Positions 22,954 to 34,820 are shown, counted from the whole stretch's first letter. The stretch is 63,634 bases of DNA, filler included, from Folioceros fuciformis (GCA_049999805.1; 9 parts of 9 records of this genome joined end to end with filler, not necessarily neighbours in it); one strand, 5' to 3'. The notes: generated by a model not told the origin, from the sequence alone. Program-made: numbers and translations.

Positions 22954-23529
22954 ATGGATTTGATTTCTTTTAATAGGAGGAGGCCTAGAATTAGGAAAAG
23001 AAATTGCCCTGCAAGACAACAAGATCAAGTTAGGATTAAGAGCAATAGAAGTTCACAAATTATAGCAAGAGAGATAGATGAGATATCTTCTCGCATAGCT
23101 AACTTCATTGCATCTATTCTAATTTCTAAACCAGACCAAGGGAAGTTGATTAAGCTTGCTAGATGTGATTTGCTAGAAGTATTTAGCCCAATCCATGTTA
23201 AGGCCTTAGAATTAGCTATTCAACATATCCCTAATTTGAGAGCTGGTGCTAACGCTTCTAAATTCTTTTGTCTACAAGGCCAAAATATAGAAACTCACCA
23301 AATTCATGACCTAGATAGAGAATTATCTTCTCTAACAATTCAACATCTTGAATTCAAGAGAAAACTAACAAAACTTGGGGTAAGGGTGTCCAATCTCTCT
23401 AAATTCAAAGATGTGCAGGAGCTTTCTAGTAGGTCATCATCTCCTGATGCAGGTTACCGTGCAAGGGAGGAGTTTCGAGCTTGCAATAGAGAAGATGGAA
23501 AGCTGTACCGCCGAGGCTTAGTCCTCTAG
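22954..23529 (+). CDS. extra 191-aa ORF between PBS and gag of copia E
   Basis: Intact ATG ORF, Arg-rich N-terminus, heptad stretch IHDLDRELSSLTIQHLEFKRKLTKL. Confidence 0.6.
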   Translation: MDLISFNRRRPRIRKRNCPARQQDQVRIKSNRSSQIIAREIDEISSRIANFIASILISKPDQGKLIKLARCDLLEVFSPIHVKALELAIQHIPNLRAGANASKFFCLQGQNIETHQIHDLDRELSSLTIQHLEFKRKLTKLGVRVSNLSKFKDVQELSSRSSSPDAGYRAREEFRACNREDGKLYRRGLVL

Positions 23530-23539
23530 ATCACCTGCT

Positions 23540-24880
23540 ATGGCTGGAGTATCTAATATTGAAGAAGAATTTTCAGCGTCACCAAATACACCCATGATGG
23601 ATCCTTCTGGGAGTTCTAATCATACCTTGATTAATCATTATGGTAACAGCTTCAAAGAGAAGGATAGGTTCAATGGAAAGAATTATTATGTTTGGGCTAT
23701 ACGGATGAAAGGAGCCTTGCGACAACGAGATCTCTGGGACATAGTCGAAGGAAGACTTCCCAGACCCACTGAAAGATTTGAAGTACACCTTCGAACGTCC
23801 TGGGACGTCAAGGACGAGAAGGCACAAGACCTTATCATCAGTGGACTTTCGGAGCAGATGGTGATACAAGTTGGTCATGCAAAGACCTCCCACGACATGT
23901 GGACTCACCTTGCTCAACTCTACTCCTCCATGGATGTTATGAGTATTGTTGCCGCCTCCCGTAATTTCCGCAACCTTCAAATGAAGGAGTCCGATTCCAT
24001 TGAACGCCATATTAGTAATTTCCGACTAGCAAGATCTCAACTTGAGGCTGCAAGTGGCATTCCTGTCCATGAGTTGGAAGCATATGTTATCCTTCTATCA
24101 TCTTTACCGCCGTCTTATAGAGCTTTTGTTACAACTCAAAATGCTGTTCTCCGTAATGCAAGACGTGAGGCAGATGAGAATCCACAAGAAGAAATTAAGC
24201 TCAGCATCGCCGAGCTCATAGGAGCATTGATGCAAGAGGAATCAAGTCGGCGACACTCCAGAACCAATAAGCAACAGGTGATGTTCACTGGAAGGGGTAA
24301 TGGAAGAGGACGAGGCAGAGGCCGAGGTTCCACTTCATATCGACCCCAGACTTCCAATGACAACTCTTGAAGACGAGAGACTTCTTCTTCAACACCTGCT
24401 AAAGGTACCAAGAAGAAAGGCATCATTTGTAATTGGTGCAGAATACCAAACCACCTGGAGAAGGACTGTTACAAGAAGAAAAATGGTGAGCCTAGAAAAG
24501 AGGCTGCGCCTGGAGCTCATATAGCTGTGAAGAAGACATCTTCCACAACACCTTCGGCTCTAACTGTATGTTTGACTTCATCAAAGTCATCAAATCCAAA
24601 CTGGTACTTGGATAGTGGAGCCACTGCACACATCTGTAATAATAGACGTCTGTATCAATCTTATAATTCTGTTACAGGACATCAGAGTGTCTTATTAGGT
24701 GATGATCATAACCTTCCTATTTCTGGTATAGGTTCGATAAAACTCAGATGTTCTTTTGGTCAAATCCTTGTTCTTTCCAATGTTCTTCATGTACCAGCCA
24801 TGTGTAAGAATTTAGTGTCAGCTACTTGTTTATGCATAGAACATAACATACAAGTCATTTTAGATGCAGATAGTTGTCTT
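23540..24880 (+). pseudogene. copia E gag-protease
   Basis: FKEKDRFNG gag motif, CNWCRIPNHLEKDC knuckle, TGA at 24368-24370, truncated after the protease. Confidence 0.9.
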
Positions 24881-25146
24881 CTGTGGAGGCAAAACCCCGG
24901 GCACTGATTGCCGACAGGTTCCACCTTTAGTGGCCACACTTATCCCACTGTCGTTGAGACATTGGGTTTCGTTCCCACGAAGGAGCGATGGGGTTCCTTG
25001 CTGCTGTGGATGGAGGGTCGGACTTGATCGACTCGATGATGGATTCGAGGGCTCCCCTCCAGCTCTGATCAGGCGTAGGACAGGCCTCGCTGTCCGGCGG
25101 TCAGCTGCACCTCTCTCGGTGCCCACAAACTCACTCCAGTCACTAC
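24880..25146. repeat. dispersed ~270-bp repeat, also at ~45678-45942
   Basis: Direct high similarity between the two loci. Confidence 0.85.
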
Positions 25147-25566
25147 AACGACCCTAACCTCTCAGATCTGTGACTTCCCTCACTCACTTCACTCACTCTC
25201 TTACTCCAGCACCAACACCAACAACTACGAGCAACCAGCAACGACACCACTACCTTCTACACTTCCCTACGGACTCCTCCTACCCGGCANNNNNNNNNNN
25301 NNNNNNNNNNNNNNNNNNNNNNNNNNNNNNNNNNNNNNNNNNNNNNNNNNNNNNNNNNNNNNNNNNNNNNNNNNNNNNNNNNNNNNNNNGAACACACTCC
25401 CCTCTTGGGTATCTCCTCCCCACAACCTTACCAGACACCATGAGACATGGCCGGCCTACAACACTTGACCAAGCAAGGAACAAGAGTGGACAGGTTGAGA
25501 GAAAGACACACCCTTTACAATCAAGAGCTAGGGGCAAGCCCCTACACCCTGGTCATTACACCTTGT

Positions 25567-25740
25567 GATCCTACCAGACACTATACAACCGGCAACACGC
25601 TGCCCGCGATCCTACCAGACACTGTACAGTCGGCAACACGCTGCCCGCGATCCTACCAGACACTGTACAGCCGGCAACACACGGCTTGCGATCCTACCAG
25701 ACGTTGCACAGCCGGCAACACACTGCAGGTCCTAGACCAA
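25567..25740. repeat. ~41-bp tandem repeat, ~4 copies
   Basis: GATCCTACCAGACACTGTACAGCCGGCAACACGC recurs. Confidence 0.9.
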
Positions 25741-26476
25741 GCAGGGACAGACCACAAGAGCTCAAGAAGAGAGGACCTCCAAGAGCTCACAAAGAGATAG
25801 ACTGGCTCCCAAAAGTGAATGACTCCTTCTTCCTACAGGCTCACCTGATCTTATAGGAGCCTCTCTCTCTCTGACTTCACCTCTCTCTAACTTGAGAAAT
25901 ATTATTTTAATAGCCTATCCGGCTGTCACCAGCCACTTATTTAGACTTCTAGCACAACCTGCCACCAATGAGCTTCTGGCCCTACCACCACAAGGATCTA
26001 CCACCTCTTAGACTATCCACAGACTTCGGAGGATGTCCGATCTTCAAAGATCTGCGAACGCCGCCTCTTCCTTGCTGGATGGTCGCCCGCTAGTCTTCCC
26101 CTGCAACTGTTCACCCTTGGTGGCTGAGCCAGCCTCTAGGGGAGGAGCATGAGCAATGGGAAAGATAGAGAAGAGGTGGGATCAGCAGCCGGAACCTAGC
26201 CCGAAAACGGTAGCTTATTCAGCGGGATCAGCTCCCAGCCGAAATGGTTCCTCGGCCATGGAAGGCTGACCCTAGGGTGCTGGGGAAGGCCCTGAACTAA
26301 GAGGAAAAGAAAGCAGGTGAAACGGAGTTGAAATGGAATTTCTAGAATTAAATCCAGAAAAATAGGGAAGAAAATAGAAAAGGGGAAATTAGGAAAATAA
26401 AAAGAAAAGGAATACGGGGGTACGTATACGGTATACGTATCAATACGTATTAAATACGTATCTAAACCGTATAAAA

Positions 26477-26576
26477 NNNNNNNNNNNNNNNNNNNNNNNN
26501 NNNNNNNNNNNNNNNNNNNNTTAATTAATTAANNNNNNNNNNNNNNNNNNNNNNNNNNNNNNNNNNNNNNNNNNNN
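26477..26576. other. artificial contig linker (also 35154-35253, 41565-41664, 47567-47666, 51326-51425, 53834-53933, 55746-55845, 60662-60761)
   Basis: 44 N + TTAATTAATTAA (stops in all six frames) + 44 N, repeated identically. Confidence 0.97.
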
Positions 26577-27085
26577 CGCGAACCAAAGAATTCAGATTAA
26601 ATCAGCACTAGGCTACTCGAGGCTACATTTGTGATAGCTCGGATCTACATCTGGAGTCCATGCCTTATTTAGCCACTGAGTTGAGTTTTGGGGAAGAAAA
26701 CACCTGTCACCCCAGTCTTCGTGTCTAATCTGATTACTCCGAGGGCTGCTTCAACAGTCGTGGAGGAGGGGCCTACTTAACCCGCCCAAACCCTAAAGAC
26801 CATAAGAATGTGATTGGTCACAACCAACGTACCATCAAGATTGAGCTCCAAGAGCCCAAGACTCATAGCTTTCCCGAATGAAGCCAAGGCAAATGAATTT
26901 TCCAATCTCCCCATTCTCTTCCGTTTCTTGAAAAGGTAACCCCAAATACTTGTGAGGAGAGCGAGGTCAGACCCTTGTGATATGACTAATGCACTGAGGT
27001 AGCTCTCCCTCCATGTTGATGCATAAGATCTGAGTCTTCGCCAAGTTAACCTTGCACCCTAAGAGTTTACCAAAAAGTTCAACTT
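26577..27085 (-). pseudogene. L1-type LINE reverse transcriptase remnant, downstream part
   Basis: QVELFGKLLGCKVNLAKTQIL...KYLG, joins in frame with 34261 once copia B and one TSD copy are removed. Confidence 0.8.
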
Positions 27086-27318
27086 GGGAGTAACGAAAAG
27101 CGGATGCCCTAACTAGCCTGTTCCCCGGCGTCAAGTAGTGTTTAGGTCATAATATAAATATAAGTATACCCGAACGGTACTTTATCGAAACGTCAACCGT
27201 CAACCGCCATACCGGTTCACGGGACACGGCCTCATAAGCCCCTTACACACGAACACGATGTATCTTTAACCTTTATCTAAACCTTCCTATCTACGCTGTG
27301 TGCTACCGATCCTACGCT

Positions 27319-27498
27319 ATGGACTCTGCCAAGTCTCCACCGCGTGTGTGTAAAATCTGCAAGTCCAAGTGTTGCATCAAAAATCTTGCTCACGAGCACT
27401 TTAGAGCCGTAATTGTATCACTCAGGATTTCACTCACCCGATTTGGAAGTCTGGCAGACGCATTCTTGGCGGAAGCCGTCAATCATTACTACTCGTAG
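27319..27498 (+). CDS. small leader ORF-a of copia B (59 aa)
   Basis: MDSAKSPPRVCKICKSKCC...RAVIVSLRISLTRFGS, resembles the ORF at 35861-36022. Confidence 0.45.
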   Translation: MDSAKSPPRVCKICKSKCCIKNLAHEHFRAVIVSLRISLTRFGSLADAFLAEAVNHYYS

Positions 27499-27537
27499 TG
27501 TAAATGCGCTCCCTGCTAAGAGTTCGAATTAGTCCTG

Positions 27538-27720
27538 ATGGATCCCTACACTCGATTGAGTAGGCTGCAGCTTCTTGCACGTCTCGCACGTCCTGACCTG
27601 CCTTTTGCTTTGCACAGCGCAATTCAACACAATCAGTTCAATGTGTTACCTACTCAGAGTGCAATTAATTTACAGGGATCCAAGTCCGTAGCCGCGGCAG
27701 AAAAGAAGTTAGTTCAGTAG
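27538..27720 (+). CDS. small leader ORF-b of copia B (60 aa)
   Basis: ATG ORF between ORF-a and ORF-c. No recognisable domain. Confidence 0.3.
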   Translation: MDPYTRLSRLQLLARLARPDLPFALHSAIQHNQFNVLPTQSAINLQGSKSVAAAEKKLVQ

Positions 27721-27861
27721 CACCAGGTCATCTACACACATATCCCAGTGTCTTGCACACACTTGGATACAGGTGCAGATACCCTGGAGCCTCTGCACAC
27801 ACAGTCGTCAGTCTCTAATTTTGCACAAAGCATGTCAAAAACTAGGCTTTCTCTTTAAACA

Positions 27862-28563
27862 ATGCCTCGCAATAGCCGTTCTAAGCACACCTTCAATTCA
27901 CAAAGGCAATTAGCATCTCCTTTCAGCAACAGTGCAGAACAACAGTCGTTCTTCTCAAGCTTACCACAACAGACTACTCCTGGCCACACTCACCAAATAA
28001 GGTCCTCGTGCAACCTTTGTGGAAGAAGTGGTTACCAGCGCCCACCTGCTGGTTCAGCTGTAAGCACACCTGGATCGACGACTGTTCAAGCAGAAGTGTT
28101 CTCGAAGGTGATTCTTGATCGGCTTGCCGAGGAACGCCGTCACACGCACGCAACATTGTGCGACTTCAGGCGACTGCGTGAAACTCAAGTGGAGCACCTC
28201 CGCAGCAAGATTGACGACGTCAACTACAGATGTAGACATCTGTCAAAGGACCTGAACAAACTCTTCACACAGGTCGCGCACCTGGACAGAGTATCAAAGT
28301 CTCAAGAGACAACGGCAGTACCTGCCGAACCAGAAAGACTCACCTTCATCAACCTTCAGCAAATCTTGCCAAATTTCTCTTCGGATGTGCCAGAGAAATT
28401 ACCTGAAGGAAGAACCAAGGGTGAAGTCATATCTGAAGTTGCTGCACTCTTGACGCACATGTCAATCGAGGCAAAATCAAGGAAGATGGTATTTGAGTAT
28501 GTCGGATCATTGGGATCCGAGTCCAGCAGGAACACCACCTCGCAGGACTCCTGCCAGACCTGA
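27862..28563 (+). CDS. leader ORF-c of copia B (233 aa, CxxC + coiled coil)
   Basis: Intact ATG ORF upstream of gag, CNLC followed by a heptad region. Confidence 0.65.
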   Translation: MPRNSRSKHTFNSQRQLASPFSNSAEQQSFFSSLPQQTTPGHTHQIRSSCNLCGRSGYQRPPAGSAVSTPGSTTVQAEVFSKVILDRLAEERRHTHATLCDFRRLRETQVEHLRSKIDDVNYRCRHLSKDLNKLFTQVAHLDRVSKSQETTAVPAEPERLTFINLQQILPNFSSDVPEKLPEGRTKGEVISEVAALLTHMSIEAKSRKMVFEYVGSLGSESSRNTTSQDSCQT

Positions 28564-29038
28564 ATCATCGTCTTCAAGGACGAGACCTAGAGCGTCGCCT
28601 GCAAGGGTCAGACCTGAATCGTCGCCTCCAAGGTCGAGACCTGAAACATCGTCTGCAAGGATTGAATCTGAAGGGCTACGTCAACCGTTACTAGTCGAAG
28701 AGTCACCTGAAACGCCACAAGCACCCGTCCATCCATAGGACCCGTTTGGTGTCTTAGAATTAGAAGACTACATCTTCTCAGATTCTCCACAGACTCCTTC
28801 GTACACAGCAGACACACCAGCCTCAGCCTTGTTTGCTACTCAGCAAGACGAACAGCATCCAGGGTCTCCCCTTAGCAGTCCAGTGTCGTCACACAGGTCT
28901 TCCCCTAGCAGTCCAGCATCTTCACCCAGATCTTCTAGCAGGTCCTCAACCTCGTCAAGTTCCTTACATAGTGCTTCCTCTCTGTCACTTGGCCGTTTAT
29001 TTGACCTTAGTCAAACGCAATTCAGTCAGTATACCTTC

Positions 29039-32000
29039 ATGGGAACCAATCCTCCTGCAAATATCACTGTCAACAACTTTAAGTATGACTTTAAAGATAG
29101 AGATAGGTTCAACGGCCAACATTTCGATATCTGGATGATTAGAGTACGAACCATTCTCCAAGAGCAGGAACTCTGGGACCATGTTACAGGCGCAACTCCG
29201 ATGCCTGCAACACCTGCAGGAGGCGCAACGCCACAAAGTACTACAGACCAGCATGCCTGGAAACTTAAGGACCTTCGTGCACAAAATGTGATTCAGTCAG
29301 CACTGGACCTAAGCATGATGTCTCATGCTCGAGAGGCTACAAGTTCCAAGGCAATCTGGGACTCTCTCTGCCAAGTCCATCAAAAGAAGAGCGTGACGTC
29401 ACTGGTTCATGCCACACGCGACTTCTATAATCTGAGAATGCAGGATGGTGACACAGTTGAGAATCACGTCAGCCGGTTTCGGATGCTACGCACCAAACTT
29501 ATTACTGCTGGCACAACTGTGGACGAACTCCAAGCTGCAGTGGCTCTTCTCATGTCGCTCCCAGAGAAGTACAACAGTTTTGTAAGTACACAAAATCAGC
29601 ACATCACCACTGCCCAAGCAGCAGTGGCTGCAGGGACACCATCGACAATTACATTGTCAGATATCATTGGTGCTCTACTAAATGAGGAAGCTACTCACAT
29701 TCGGGGTCGAGGCTCCTCCTCTCACAATGCTGCACGAGCCATGTTTGCTTCTCAAGGTCGAGGACGCCGTACTCAAGGTGGCCCTCGCCCACATTACAAG
29801 CCCGGCGCCCCTCGAGCACCTTCCTGGCCTTCCTCGAAGTCAGGTACCTCAAAGAAGGGCCCGTGCACATGGTGTAGAATTCCTGGCCACTTAGAATCTG
29901 AATGCCGTAAGAAACAAAAGGGCGAACCAAAAAGAGAGGCTCCACCTTCAGCCCATGTATCCTCAAAGAAAAGCACGGGGGCCATACTCACTGTATGCAT
30001 GGTCTCTTCGTCACAAGACAGGCATGCCTGGTATCTAGATTTAGGTGCCACCACACATGTCTGTAATACACGCACAGCATTCACCATGTTTACACCTTCT
30101 CCTAAGGGGCAGTTCGTCCTTCTAGGTGATGACAGTGGGCTCTGCATTGAGGGCACGGGTACAGTGGTCCTCCATCCTATCCAAGGACAACAAATTACGT
30201 TGTTAGATGTTATTTATGTCCCACAGATGGCAAAGAATTTGGTGTCTCTTAGGCGTCTCTCACCTCCGCTGCTCACACTTGAGATGACCATAAAGGGCCT
30301 TGCACTGAGAGAAGCTGCTGCTCCACACAAATTGCTGGCTACCTGCACTCTTCATACTGATCTGTACAAGTTCAATTTGAAGAGCAACCCGGTGCAGCAT
30401 CTGAAGGCTTCCACAGCTAAGGCAGCAGTAGCCTCCTCGCCAAATGAAACACAACTATGGCACTGTCGACTAGGACATGTACATCTACAACGTCTTCAGT
30501 CCTTACCTGCCTCTTCCTTGTATCGGACACCTCTCCAGTTTAAGTCCGACAAATCACTGTTCTGCGAAGCCTGTATACAAGGGAAGCACCACAAGGCTCC
30601 TCATCCGAGTCAAGACTCTACCAGGGCCACTCACCTCCTTCAAGTTGTGCACACTGACCTTTGTGGTCCTATGTCAACACGTTCCCTTGGTGGTGCCCTG
30701 TATTTTATGCACCTGATTGACGACTAGAGTCGCTTCACTGTGACCTACTTCTTAAAGCATAAAAATGAAGCATTTTCTTGCTTCCTTCTGTACTTGGCGT
30801 ATGCTTAGCGTTTCACAGGTCAGAAACTCAAATGTCTAAGAAGTGACAACGGTGGTGAATTTACCTCCGGGGAGTTCAAGGAGTTCTGCTCACGGGAGGG
30901 CATCCTTCGGCAACTCACTGTTCCCTACGAACATGAGCAAAACCCCTTGCCTGAAAATAAGAATAAAGTCACTCAGGCTGCTGCAAAGTCCATGCTTTAT
31001 CTGGCTAGGCTTCCTTGCAGCTTTTGGGCCGAAGCAGTTGCAACAGCTGTTTATATCCAGAACAGGCTGCCCACTCGTGCCTTCAACGATGCCACCCCCT
31101 TTGAAAGATGGACTGGTGTTAAGCCTCGGGTGGATCATCTTCGGATATGGGGCTGCCCTGCGTATGTTCACACCCCTGATGAGATCAGGCGGAAAATGAA
31201 CTTTAAAGCTACGAAACATCTATTTATTGGCTACACTGATGGCATCAAGGGCTACAAGCTCTATGACCCATCACATCGCCGATTTTTACATGCAAGAAAC
31301 GTCATATTTGACGAACAATTTCTGTTGCAAGTTTCAGGAAAGCACAGGGACGTACCAGGCCTACAACGTCTAACGTCCTCTGAACAAGGTGCAACCGAAC
31401 TCTCAGCTCATGATGAACCTCTGGTTACCCCTCAGCATGCACCGGTGGTTCCAGTTCAACCTGCAGATGAGTTCCCAGACGACGAGCCTGACCTCACTGC
31501 AGACGACTCTCACTCCGAAGCTAGTGAACACTCGAATAATGACCAGCAGGAGACCTATGATGACATGGATGATGACACTCCACCATCCCCTCCTGCAGCC
31601 GAGGAAGAAGTTGAGGAACAATCTTCCAATCATGCTGAGGAACCAGTCGATGAGCCTCCAGCCCTCAGAAGGTCATCTAGAACCCACACAACTGATCCAA
31701 GTCAGTGGGTAAACAAGCCTTTAAGTTACGAATTAGACGAAGCTTACAGGCAGCAAAGCTCCAATCTCACATCGTGCGATATCTTACCTCACGAAAACAT
31801 CTCCCCCAGTACCTATGTTGCGCAAGCCTTGCTCGCAGCACAGGATCTTGGAGAGCCAGCCACCCTGAAGGAAGCTCTGTCCTCTCCCGAAGGCAAAAGC
31901 TGGCAAGCAGGCGTTGACTCGGAATACCAATCCCTCATTGACAACCAGACTTGGGAGCTGGTAGAACTCCCTCTTGGACGCAAGGCTCTCACAGGCAAAT

Positions 32001-33439
32001 GGGTGTTCAAGAAGAAACTTAACCCTGATGGTACTGTGGCCAGATACAAGGCAAGATATGTGGTGCATGGATACAAGCAAGTCGAAGGACTTGATTTCCA
32101 CGAGACCTTCTCACCTGTTGTACGGACGTCCTCTGTGAGGATGCTCTTTGCACTGGCTGCATAATGTAAGCTTGACATCCAGCAGATGGACGTCAAGACC
32201 GCCTTTCTACATGGTACAATAGATGGTACAATAGATGAAGAGATGTATATCACACAGCCAGAAGGTTACGTCAGTAAAAAGGAACCTCAAAAGGTATGCA
32301 AGCTCAAGAAAAGCCTGTACGGCCTGAAACAAGCACCGAGAGTGTGGTATAAGAAAATTCATGCCTATCTGATTCAGTCGGGGTTCACCCAGAGTGACGC
32401 TGACACGAATGTGTACATCCTTAGACAAGGGCAAACATTTGCAATTCTAGCATTATATGTTGATGATGCACTAATATTTGCCAACTCCCCTGTTATGATG
32501 AAGAGGGTCAAGTCCATCCTTACTGCTGAGTTCTCAATGACGGATTTGGGCCAACTTACCTTTTTCCTAGGCATACAAATTTGCATCAGTCCAGATAAGG
32601 GAACCATATTCTGCCATCAGGCCCATTACATACGGGAAATGCTAGATAGATTTAACATGGTGGACTGCAAGCCCGCCATCACTCCCATGGCGGTGGGAGA
32701 AAAGTTTTCTACTGAGCAAAGCCCAAAGTCAGATGCTGAGAAGCAAGAAATGCAGAAGAAGCCTTACAGTATGCTGACGGGATGCCTAATATGGATCAAT
32801 GGATGGACCAGACCTGATGTGTCCCCTGCTACTCGAATTTTCTCAAGGTTTCTTGCAAATCCTGGAAATGCCCACTGGACGGGAGTTAAAAGAGTCCTAC
32901 GTTATCTCAAGGGCACACAACATCTTGGAATCAGATACAAGTCACAGGGGAAGTTTCCTCTACTTATCTGTTACTCCGATTCTGACTGGGCCAGCGACAA
33001 GGAGTCCAGGCAATCTGTTACAGCCAACTGCACAATTCTGTCTGGAGGAGCGGTTAGCTGGACTTCAAAGAAACAGACGGTGGTGGCACTGTCCAGCACT
33101 GAGGCTGAATACACAGCCGCAACCTCAGCTGCTCAGGAGACAGTTTATAATAGACGCTTTATGGCGTCTGTGGGTTTTCCATAGCCTGGAGCCACGACCA
33201 TCTACTGCGATAATCAATCTGCTATAGCTTTATCAAGAAATCCAGTTCATCACTCCAGAACAAGACACATTGCAATCAAACAGCACTACATCAGAGAAAC
33301 GGTGGAATCAGGTGAGATAGATTTCATCTACGGGCCCACAGACCAGAATTTGGCTGACCTGTTCACGAAACCACTGCCTAAGGAGCGTCACACCACTCAT
33401 TGCGAAGGCTTGGGTCTTGTTGTCAAGACAGACCCTTGA
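29039..33439 (+). pseudogene. copia B gag-pol (GAG-PR-INT-RT-RH), single frame with ~4 stops
   Basis: CTWCRIPGHLESEC, WYLDLGAT, HTDLCGP, SDNGGEF, MDVKTAFL, YVDD, SDSDWA, TEAEY. Confidence 0.95.
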
Positions 33440-33770
33440 CCTGCGCACAACTGCACATGCACGCACTCACTCAAAGAAAAGGTTAGCACTTGTCACAATC
33501 AGTGGGGGCGGATGGGCGCACAACAGGGCAGCTATGTTTGCTTTCCTCTGTGTGCCACAGGCGTTACAAGTATGCGCTTGCCAACTCCGCCGCCACTTCA
33601 GCGCATCTCCAAAACAGGGCATACCTAAAGACAAGGTTACCTTCCTCATCACAACAAGCAGAATTCAAGATCATGGCAAGACCTGGACATGGCGACAGTT
33701 TGCGGAAACTCTCCTCATCAGGAGTCAATCCCTTGAGCTGTCGTAACTAAGCATGCAACAATCTCATCCT

Positions 33771-33941
33771 TTAGGGCAGCCTCTCCTCCCTGCCAAGCTC
33801 AAGATTGCCAGCCTTCTGGAGCATCGGACCATTCCCGGAAAATCTTCCTCGCTCCCAGGAGGCAATGCAGATCAGGAGTACAAGCAGGAGTAGCAAGAAA
33901 AAGCTGCCGTCCAAGTGAGAAATTCCGCCAACGCTCAGCAT
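33771..33941 (-). CDS. putative antisense membrane-peptide ORF in the 3' region of copia B
   Basis: Hydrophobic FFLLLLLVLLICIASW. Same position and orientation as 36374-36796 in copia C. Confidence 0.3.
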   Translation of the reverse strand: MLSVGGISHLDGSFFLLLLLVLLICIASWERGRFSGNGPMLQKAGNLELGREERLP

Positions 33942-34260
33942 AGTTGCAATTCGTTCTGTAGGCGAAGGGTATACGGAAGCTGAGAACTGGCGTGGATTGC
34001 GGCGCAAGCGAAGTTCACGATGGCAGGAATACAGTCTAAGTGGGGGTAACGAATAGCAGATGCCCTAACTAGCCTGTTCCCCGGCGTCAAGTAGTGTTTA
34101 GGTCATAATATAAATATAAGTATACCCGAACGGTACTTTATCGAAACATCAACTGTCAACCGCCATACCGGTTCACGGGACACGGCCTCATAGGCCCCTC
34201 ACACACGAACACGATGTATCTTTAACCTTTATCTAAACCTTCCTCTCTACGCTGTGGGAG

Positions 34261-34800
34261 AGCATGGCCTCCGGGGAAGTCTTTGTCGCATTGGAAAAAA
34301 CTAGCGTGTCATCAGCAAAATCTAAGATACGCAAATGCTTCCCATCTGGGGCATGAATGCCTTGAATATCGGGGTCTTGTCTAATTGCTCGAAGGAGAAA
34401 GTTAGCAACCATGATAAATCAAAAAGGGGCTAGGGGGCCTGAATGCCTTTAATATCGGGGTCTTGTTTAATTGTTCGAAGGAGAGAGAGTTAGTGATGAC
34501 GATAAATAGAAAAGGGGCTAGGGGGGGGGGGGCTGAATGCCTTTAATATCGGGGTCTTGTTTAATTGCTCGAAGGAGAAAGTTACTAACGATGATAAGTA
34601 GAAAAGCCACAAGACCGAGAGAAAGGAATCAAACGAATCAAGGAGATGTCAAACCCGTCTATAAAATCTCCATTGACAAAAACCGTGCGTCCACCACTGC
34701 TCTTTGCAAAGGATGACAATCCACTTGCAAAAGTTATTGCGAAATCTAAAAGTATAGAGATATCTCCATAGGAAGTGCCACGCTCCGGAATGTGACACCC
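34261..34800 (-). pseudogene. L1-type LINE reverse transcriptase remnant, upstream part
   Basis: GPLAPF.FIMVANFLLRAI...DIQGI...LDFADDTLVF. An ~87-bp segment is triplicated at ~34354-34600. Confidence 0.85.
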
Positions 34801-34820
34801 ACACAACACTAAATTTGAAG

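Larger units (their letters stand above)
22466..24880 (+). mobile_element. Ty1/copia element E, 5' part
   Basis: LTR 22466-22750 (TGATGAAA...TTTCATCA), iMet PBS 22751-22762, extra ORF, gag, protease WYLDSGAT. Confidence 0.92.
27091..34255 (+). mobile_element. full-length Ty1/copia element B inserted in a LINE
   Basis: 209-bp LTRs at 27091-27299 and 34047-34255 (7 differences by eye), TSD GGGAG at 27086-27090 / 34256-34260, PPT AAGTGGGGG, complete gag-pol. Confidence 0.95.

Noticed and set aside
26521-26532. Recurrent TTAATTAATTAA palindrome
   Set aside because: Always centred in 44+44 Ns, so it is an assembly linker and not biology
28829-29038. Ser-rich N-terminal extension of copia B gag
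   Set aside because: It relies on a TTG start. ATG 29039 matches the gag start of the paralogue at 52478 (MGTN).
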